64,000 nucleotides of DNA, taken from positions 11,966,001 to 12,030,000 of the forward strand of contig NC_042997.1 in assembly GCF_006345805.1 (NCBI RefSeq). Direction: 5' to 3'. The notes under the pieces were generated by a model. It did no database searches, was not told where the DNA came from, and was given only the letters and a program-made list of their open reading frames with translations. Both the position numbers and the translations under genes were made by a program. The stretch's first letter is position 1; the number at the start of each line of letters is the position of its first letter. The stretch comes from Octopus sinensis. Taxonomy: Eukaryota. This document shows, piece after piece, positions 54,219-64,000 of the stretch.

Positions 54219-54901
54219 AAGCACAAACCCATGTCTTTTCATCAGTGATGACAGTCTTCATGAAGTCTGGATGGGGATTTGCACAGTCCAGCATGTCTTG
54301 AGCGATTTCTATGCGGAGTTACTTATGCTACTCCGCCAGCATCTTGGGATGAATTTCATCGACACTCGCCGCGTGCTCAGATCCTCCGCTAATTTGGAAT
54401 GCGCTGATCCTGTACTTATTCCCACTTCGTGAGCCATTTCCTGGATTGATACACAACGGTCTTCCATGACTATTTTCCGTACCTTCTCAGTCGGCTCTTC
54501 CTTTCGGCCTGTGGATGACCTGCCTGAGTGTGCCTTGCTTTCCTCTGAGGTGGAGCGATATTCGAAGTGGTTGTACCACGCGTTGATCTGAGTTTTGCCT
54601 ATGGAAATATCGCTAAAGGGCTGCTGTTTCTTCTGGCTGGTTTGAGGTTGAGTATCATCAAGCTTTTAGCAAAACTTGATGCAATGTCAGCTCGATACAT
54701 TCGGTGGAATCGAAACTCCGACGAGCGCGCACTAAAAGCCTGTGTTCTGGGTGTAACAGCCAGGAACTGACGTGATGTACTGGAGCAAAAATTTTCACAC
54801 ATTCGCAGAAAAAATGGTGTCGTCTCACATCCAAAGGATTTCGCCAATGCAGCATTAGTTTTGGCGGGAAAATAGTCAGATACGTTTTGAACGCACCTCA
54901 A
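54219..54901 (-). mobile_element. 5' half of a mariner transposon, degenerate
   Basis: TIR-like tacgttttgaacgcacctcaaat; minus frame CIKFC*KLDDTQPQT..IGKTQINAWYNHF..SGRSST..EKVRKIVMED...QDMLDCANP..DFMKTVIT. Confidence 0.85.
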
Positions 54902-55199
54902 ATATAATCCCGAATCTGATCTATTTGTTGGTCTATCTTTATGATACATGTTGCATCTATTGGTTTATATATCTCCTGCTTGTGTTTATTGATCTATATT
55001 ATCTCGCCTGTTGTGTTTATTAGCTTTGTTCTCCGGTTTTTGTATGTGCTGGTCTATTTTCCTCCCTTGTGTCGTGATTTTTAGTCTATTCTTCTAGCGT
55101 TTGTCTATCATTTTGGAGCCAATCCATTCTTTCTACATTACATACACCCATTTTCTAGATATCAAACATTTCTAGTTACCAATTATGCTCGCTTGTTTA

Positions 55200-56455
55200 G
55201 TTTTCTAACCGTTGGTTCTAACTGCTTGGTTATGATATATTATGATATATTCAATCGCCACAGTCTGAAGTTGGTTCTGATAAACTGTAGCCGTAAATCT
55301 ATAGGCAGTAGTAAAAATTAGAAGATAGATTCTCTTTTGTGAATATCTAGTCAGAAAATAAGATGAATTGTCAGGAAGTGTGAAATGTGAAAGGATAAAA
55401 TAACTATCTATAATTCCATTACCGTGTCTGACCAATTTTCCTTTTCAGTTTTGTAGACTTTGAATGTTATTTATGTTTTGTAGACTTTTGTAGTATTTTT
55501 TGTAGACTTTGTAGTGTTTTGTAGACTTTGAGTGTTATATATGAATTGAGTGTTTTATGCTGTTTGCCGTATAACACGACTGCCACCAGCAAGGATACGT
55601 TTACTTCGGGTGGAACCGTTACTATTTTTCTGTTAACCAATTTCCGACCACTGTGAGAATTATCCACAAATACTGACTTCTGAAGGCTGTTGTTGCACTT
55701 TCTTTAGCTTTCTGTTTATTTGGAGATCTCAGCTCAGCTGTGCCAAAGCGTCTTTTACAGTCGACAGAGGTTTATCTCCTAAGTTGGAATTCAGCATTTT
55801 TTTTATCTGGGCCTGCGTCGCTCACTCCAGCTCCCTTGTTTTTGATGAGAAGCACTTGTAGCTAATAGATTTTAAAGTATCATCCTGTATTTCATTTGGC
55901 ATGGTTTGAAATATTATTCTGCTATTCTTTGTTAAGTGTACTTTTAACGTTACTTAAAGTTTCTTCTGACACATCGACTGTCGACGATACTCTTATGCGA
56001 AGCCGTTCCCATTTTACTTAGAAGAGTGACTGCTGTTTCTTTTGTATTAGTGTTTGTAGCGGTGATGGTGGTGGTGGTGGTAGTAGTGATGTTACTGGCA
56101 TGGGTTTTCGAAACGTACGTGGAGGTTGTTCTTGTGTCATTTTTAATTCTTTCCCGCTCCTCACTTCAGTTTCTGCTCCTGTTGCTGTTGTTGTCTGTGA
56201 TTTGTCTCTTGACCATGTCATTTGATTGTGGGAAATCATATCATAATCGTTGTTCCAACAGCCATAATTTCTTTCAGTTGGGAAGCCATACTCTTGTTTT
56301 AATTTTGAAATATTAAATTTTGAAATTTATATCTCGAGATTCGCCCTTAAGGAGCGAAGTTTTTGCCAAACCAGCTCGGTATAAGCAAAGCGAGCAAGCT
56401 TGGTGAACAGTTCAACGAGGATTGGAATACCAAATAAAACAAGAAATTTCATTGA
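55200..56455 (-). mobile_element. LINE 5' end/ORF1 remnant (clade uncertain)
   Basis: Minus frame KRRFGTAELRSPNKQKAKESATTAFRS resembles ORF1 of cephalopod LINEs (recall); a short (ttttgtagacttt) x4 array lies at ~55449-55530. Confidence 0.45.
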
Positions 56456-56504
56456 AATCTTACGAGACACGAACAAGCGTCCTTTCTTTGCAAACAGAAA
56501 TAAT

Positions 56505-56790
56505 AATCATAAATATTGCCATAATTGAGGATGCACGACCGAAAATCATATATATTACCATACCTGGGGATGCACGAACAAGATCATAGATTTTTCATAC
56601 CTGAGGATGTACGAGTAACTATTATCACAGTAGTTTTAGTGGCACTCGGAGCATTAACAACTAGGTTCGAGAAATATGCCGGATATATGGAATTGACATC
56701 AAGGAAGGGAAGGCCCCACCAAAAAAACTGCTAATTTCGGACAGCTGTATCGGAAAACTGCTCTATTGGTTTTTGTGATTGGTACTTGGG
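56505..56790 (+). mobile_element. R4/Dong-type (restriction-like endonuclease) LINE 3' fragment, old
   Basis: VRVTIITVVLVALGAL..RFEKY..HQK(T)A..RTA matches the RLE C-terminal IPVVxGALG/QKTALLGT pattern; followed by (TAA)n. Confidence 0.65.
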
Positions 56791-56851
56791 TGTTGAATCT
56801 TTATGACTAATAATAATAATAATAGTAATAGTAATAATAATAATAATAATA

Positions 56852-56889
<38 letters not shown>

Positions 56890-56908
56890 TAATAATAATA
56901 ATAATAAA

Positions 56909-57192
56909 GTTTGCTTATTGATCGACATGAGCATCCCCTGTGATCATAATATCTCAGCGAAAGAGTTTGACAAGCTCAGAAAATATAAAGACCTACTCTA
57001 CTCATTGAAATTGAGAAAATGTGGCATCTCAAGGCGGTTACAATACCAGTGATCGTAAGAGCACTAGGAATGATCAAGAAGGGAACCGAAAATTATATGA
57101 GAATGATCCCTGGCTTACCATCCCTGCAAGAAGTGCAAAAGATTGTCTTAACTGGTACATCACACGTATTGAGAAGAGCATTGTCGATGTGA
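56909..57192 (+). mobile_element. R4/Dong-type LINE 3' fragment, better preserved
   Basis: CLLIDMSIPCDHNISAKEFDKLRKYKDL..IEIEKMWHLKAVTIPVIVRALGMIKK...LQEVQKIVLTGTSHVLRRALSM*: PD-(D/E)xK RLE core; one 5-bp duplication frameshift. Confidence 0.85.
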
Positions 57193-57629
57193 GAACTGTT
57201 GCTGCTCATGTATTTTAATTTAACTTTAAAAAAAAAAAAAAAAATGAACGAACTACTGAGTTTGGTTTAATGGCCTACCAATGTATACTATGAGTTTCTT
57301 TGCCCTAGGAGTCGGGAAGACACTCGGCAAGAAATGGAAGCAAATTTGAAAGAAGAAAAAAAAGTAATAATAATAATAATAATAATAATTATAAATTTTG
57401 TCAAACAAAGCCAGCAAATTTAGGGGAGAGACTATGACGATTACAATGATCCTAGTGATCAACCTGTAGTTCTTTTATGTATCGCGGAAGTATGAAAAGT
57501 AAAGTCGACCTCGGATGAATTTTAATTCAGAAAGTGAAGGTAATACTGCAAAGTATTTTTTTTTTTCCACAGCTCTAACGACTTTGTTAGTTGCCGCTAC
57601 AACTTCTCAATAATAAGAATAATAAGGCT

Positions 57630-57638
57630 AATAATAAC

Positions 57639-57684
<46 letters not shown>

Positions 57685-57820
57685 ATGATGATGGCGGTGG
57701 TGGTGATGAAATTTTCTTCATTTCAGAATTCAAAAGTTTTTGTTCCTTTCTTATTTTCTTTCGCGTTATTATGGTTTCCCTTTGTATATAAAAATATTAC
57801 CATTATAATGGTATTTAAAA

Positions 57821-57873
<53 letters not shown>

Positions 57874-57991
57874 ATACTACTACTACTGCTGCTGCTGCTG
57901 CCGCTGCTGCTGCTGCTGCCGCTGCTGCTGTTGCTGTCGCCACTGCTGCTGCTACTTTTGCTATTGCCGCTGTTCCTGTCACTGATGTTGT

Positions 57992-58022
<31 letters not shown>

Positions 58023-58023
58023 G

Positions 58024-58059
<36 letters not shown>

Positions 58060-58577
58060 TTACTACTACTTCTGCTGCTGCTGCTATTGCTGCTGCAATA
58101 AATAATAATAATGATATTAAGAACAACAATAATGATAAAGTTGAATACTAATAGAAAAAAAAAGCGGAATAAGGAAAAATGTATTTAAAAATGAAACAAT
58201 GAAAATGAAAATTTAAAGTGTAAAATGCAAATATAAGAAGAAAAAAAATTATGTTAAATACGATACAAACCTAAAAAAAAAAAAACAAAGCCAGCAATTA
58301 AAATACAATGACAACAACAACAACAAAAAAAAAAGGAGAAACGAAATTATTGGAAGGAAAACTGGAATAAATCAGATAGTAGAATACACTGGTGTAGGAT
58401 TTATTTCAGCTTTGCAAAGAAGAATATGAAATGTTTGCGGGCAACGTAAATTAAATTTTAAAAATATTATTCATAACGATAAGAATAACATTTTGAATGC
58501 TATAAGAATTAAAATGATAATATTAAAGAATATAACAACATCAATAATAATAATAATAATAATAATAATATCAAAAG

Positions 58578-58675
<98 letters not shown>

Positions 58676-58681
58676 ATAATA

Positions 58682-58719
<38 letters not shown>

Positions 58720-58726
58720 TCAAAAG

Positions 58727-58815
<89 letters not shown>
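57630..58815. repeat. (TAG)n, (TAC)n, (TGC)n and (TAA)n trinucleotide block with a local duplication
   Basis: Directly visible; the taataatatcaaaagctactact unit occurs twice (~58560 and ~58710). Confidence 0.95.
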
Positions 58816-58817
<2 letters not shown>

Positions 58818-59899
58818 TTATAAAAAATTATAAGCAATTATGCGACATTCTAACTCGATTAAAACATAATTAAGCGACTACTTAAACTTGTAAAAATATT
58901 TTGTAGTATTATCAATCATTTAGTTGTTATTTATTATTTTTTCTTTGTTATATGTTCATTGTTATTTCTTTCTGTGTTATGTTTTAATATTGTATTTATT
59001 TATTATTTATTTATTTATTTATTGATATTGTGATAATTTTATCACGATTTAAAGCGGAGAAATAAATGAATTTTGTTAATTGAAAGCAAATTATATTTCT
59101 GTCTGTGTATGTGAATACACACACACACACGCACACACATACTCACACACAAACTCACTCACACACACACACTGAGTGATGTATATATGTATATGTATGT
59201 AAATATGAACATACACATTCATACATGCATACACATATATGTGTTTGTGTATGTGTATATGTAAAGGTGGAATGTGTGTGTGTATGTGTGTTTCTGTGTT
59301 TTTGTTTGTTTACCTTTGTGTGCAGCTATGTTGTTTGTAAAAGTGTGTGAATGTTTTTTTTTATATGAAAAACAACAAAATAAAACACAAGACAAAAATA
59401 CGAAAAGGAACTATTAACGACAAATTGTAAATGATAAAAATCTTAATTGACATTAGTAGCTTGTATTTAAATAAAATATTTCTTCTAAAATAAATACATT
59501 TATTGTTCTTGTTCTTGTTAATGGTTTGCTTTTTCCAAAAATTTAGACTTCACTAATGATTGTTTTAATTTTTTAAAACAATTTTTTATAATTTCAGTGT
59601 ATGTGAATGACAAAACTTTGCTGACGTTCGCTGTTAACATGTGTTGTTACATCTTAATTTCGCATTCATTTTGTTTTGGTTGTTAATCTAAGCACATGAA
59701 TATACAAACATCTCTGCATGTAGAGATTATATCAATATATATCTGTTTGTATATATATATTTTTTTCTCTTTAGCTTCAGCTCAGAGCTGCGGCTATGCT
59801 GATGCACAGCCGTTTTGCTACACTGTTATTACAAAGCGCCTCCTCTAATATGTGACACTTGGTGAAGAATGGAATTTGATATAGCTATCCTCAGTTGCA

Positions 59900-60195
59900 C
59901 CTCTTGCCCTGAGGTAGGTTCATCTGGGACTCTCGACAGGAAGAGATGCAGCTTTGATTAAAAAAACCCTACATGTACTTTGTGCAAGTTCCTCAGACGC
60001 TTTGGGAGAATATTAAAAAGCTGTGGGCCCTTGAAAACCAGGCTGTTACAGTAACTGTTCCTGAAACGTGATGGCATTGTGGGATCTTTGGCACTATGCA
60101 GTGTCGTCCCGTTCTGGCATTGGCATAGCTTTCAATACCAAAATTTGGCACAATTCCTTCCAGGATATTGCAGATATATATATATATATAAAACC
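59900..60195 (-). mobile_element. CR1/L2-like LINE 3' fragment
   Basis: Minus frame ILEGIVPNFGIESYANARTGRHCIVPKIP resembles the C-terminal tail of CR1/L2-group ORF2 (IWKILEG.VPN). Confidence 0.55.
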
Positions 60196-60641
60196 AACTT
60201 GGTTACTACTCAGAGTGCCTACATACTGTACCGTTCTATGAGACGGAAAAATTTCCCGAGGCTTTATCAGAACTAAGCCTTTCAGTTGAAATTCAACATG
60301 GTTTTCGAATACGATCATCATATTGCCTGATTCAGGTCACGAGTGGCTTGCGAACACATTATGTATCAACATAACTGTTTACAGAATAGAAAAAAATAGC
60401 ACTCAATTTAAGGATTATTAATAAAATAACTAAACAATTAAAAGTAGCTGTGATTAAAAATACAGAAGGGGAGTAATTCAAATATTGCCACGTGGTTAGC
60501 TGAAAAGCAAAACTATATACAATAAATATTGTTTAACAAAACTAAAGGAAAGATGACAGACACACAGACACACAGACACAGACACAGACACACACGCACA
60601 CACAACACACACACACACACACACGCGCGCACACACACACT

Positions 60642-60672
<31 letters not shown>

Positions 60673-60954
60673 CATGTATATAAATAATACATATATAGAT
60701 ACATACATACAAGCATCCATGCATGTGTGTTTATAAAAATTGAGAATAAGAAATAACTGCGCGTGCCAGTAGCTTCGTAGATACTTTGACATACAACTCT
60801 CAGCATTTGAGCAACTCTTGTGTTATTCTCAGCAGCTTGAGAAATGCATGGTTGCTGTATGAATTGAATTTTTCTTCCCCTTTGTAAATCTAACTTTTTG
60901 CATGTATGTACGACTGGATATATGTATGTATACATAGAAATAAAGTTAATCCAA

Positions 60955-61160
60955 ACATGAAAACACAAAGACAAAACACAACAACGCGAGGACGTGGAAC
61001 AAGTATAGTGTTATTGGACGCTCAAGAAAGGAAAGAAAGAAGGATGATTTAACGTTTCGAGCGGAGCTCTTCGTCAGAAACATATGACAAGGAAAGACCC
61101 AAGGAAGGGAAGACAGAGGAAAAAAATCGCCAACGATACACACGCGGTCACATATACACA
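60955..61160 (-). mobile_element. PLE-type terminal repeat carrying a hammerhead motif
   Basis: Unique ~200-bp block between (CA)n/(TA)n arrays, containing the motif at 61047-61081. Confidence 0.6.
61047..61081 (-). ncRNA. Minimal type I hammerhead ribozyme
   Basis: GUUU CUGACGA A GAGC UCC GCUC GAAAC GUU AAAU: intact core, 4-bp stem II, palindromic ACGU stem III, stem I GUUU/AAAU, GUU cleavage triplet. Confidence 0.8.
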
Positions 61161-61209
61161 GAAATACACACGCACACACACACACACACACATATAAAAA
61201 TACTTACAT

Positions 61210-61258
<49 letters not shown>

Positions 61259-61480
61259 TATATTAAATTAGAGATAAAACCACTATTAGGCAAATCAAAC
61301 AATGAAAAACTTAAGCCAATACATAAAATTAATTAATTTATATTATTTTAAATATATATCAAAATTATTAAAAGTTTAATAAAAGATAATGAGTAAAACA
61401 CTACGATCGTTTCATGTCTGTTCAATCCGAGTTATGGTTACAGTCAATCTTCAATATGCATGTATGTATATAAGTATGTA

Positions 61481-61562
<82 letters not shown>

Positions 61563-62009
61563 GCCATATATCTATCTACACACACACACACACGCACAAG
61601 CGCATATCACTCTGTGGTTATGTCTGATCATCAAATAATTTAGTTATGTACAATAATCTGCTTCACCTACGTGAAGAATGCAATTAGGACGAGCATTTAT
61701 CGTCTATTCCCTTCTTATTTTCCCTTCTGCATGAAATCCCTCCTTTCAGTTTATACATACTTGAACGTCTCTCTGACATGCACTAACATAACCGCATAGG
61801 TGTTTGCATACACACACACACAAGCACGCAGACACACACGTACACACACACACACACTCATATACATACAGACATATACACACACATATACAAACATATG
61901 CACATATATAGAGAAGTAGAAATCGGTATATGACCACAGATATATAAACGATATATACTTATATGTGTGTGTTTTGTTGTCTCTCTCTCTCATTTTCTCT
62001 CTCTCGCTC

Positions 62010-63087
<1,078 letters not shown>

Positions 63088-63133
63088 CAAACACACACAC
63101 ACGCCCAGATATGCGCATTTGTGTGTGTGGGTG

Positions 63134-63164
<31 letters not shown>

Positions 63165-63744
63165 GCGTGCTTATATACAGATAATATACAAGTATATGTT
63201 TATATATGTTAATAAGTAATAATATGTATATGTATATTCCCATAAAGTCATACATACACACACACATATATATAAGCATATATATACGTTATACAGATGT
63301 ATTTATATGTGACTATTTATATATTTATATGTGTGTACGTGGGTACATATATATATATATATATATATATACATACCTACACACACAAACACACACACAT
63401 ATATATATATATACACACACATTTATACAGGGATGTACACACACTCGCATACACGCACGTACACACTCAAACACAGCATATTCACACACAGACACACACA
63501 CACACACACATACGCACTCACACACACGGACACTCAAACGAATATATATATCCACACCGCAAAAGCAATAACTATTCCAGCAGAAAAGAAAATGTATTGC
63601 TGTGACATTAACCGGAAGTAGGGAATAGATTGCCAAAGACAAAATATATTGATCGGAAGTAATGTAGATTGCAGTGTGTCAATGATGAGGTTAACGACAG
63701 TGACGGTGGCGGCACTGCTGATGACCATGGTGACGCCGCCTACA

Positions 63745-64000
63745 ATGACGACGACGTCGACGATGATGATGATGATGATGATGATGATGACGATGATGAT
63801 GGTGACGATGATGATGGTGACGATGATGATTATGATGATGATGGTTACGATGATGATGATGATTATGATGATGATGGTTACGATGATGTTGATAATGATG
63901 ATGATGATGATGATGATGGTGACGATGATGTTGATGATGATGAAGAGTGTGATAATAGCGACGGCGATGATGATGAGGATGATAAAGATGATGATGATGA
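63745..64000. repeat. (GAT)n degenerate trinucleotide array
   Basis: Directly visible; runs off the window end. Confidence 0.95.

Noticed and set aside
56085-56120. GAAACGTACGTG hammerhead-like half
   Set aside because: No CUGAnGA upstream, and position 17 would be G (non-cleavable).
57685-58129. Poly-Leu/poly-Ala/poly-Val ORFs suggesting membrane proteins
   Set aside because: (TAC)n/(TGC)n trinucleotide arrays.

Overview
AT-rich, microsatellite-saturated animal genomic DNA. The repeat inventory (four tRNA-derived SINE families plus RTE, L1/Tx1, R4/Dong-type, Penelope-like and Tc1/mariner remnants) points to a coleoid cephalopod, most likely Octopus; this is inferred from recognised repeat sequences, not a database match. 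No intact, nameable protein-coding gene is visible. Most long ORFs in the track are translated microsatellites and the rest are decayed transposon proteins. A few short segments have good splice signals and could be exons of unannotated genes (best cluster 29665-30833 on +; weaker ones on - at 2154-2888, 19559-19667, 23344-23423). The most notable content is structural. (1) Several Penelope-type minimal hammerhead ribozyme motifs with palindromic stem III (61047-61081 -, 62714-62765 +, degenerate at 36221-36262 -), one inside a direct-plus-inverted pLTR-like rearrangement. (2) Many long inverted repeats able to form dsRNA: a 162-bp near-perfect foldback at 52789-53123, a ~97% identical inverted SINE pair at 38261/41598 enclosing an inverted Tc1 fragment pair, and further SINE pairs. 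(3) A pre-miRNA-like hairpin at 35394-35468. (4) Local DNA-copying scars: a 428-bp microhomology-flanked templated insertion and a 550-bp tandem duplication bounded by TAG microsatellites.
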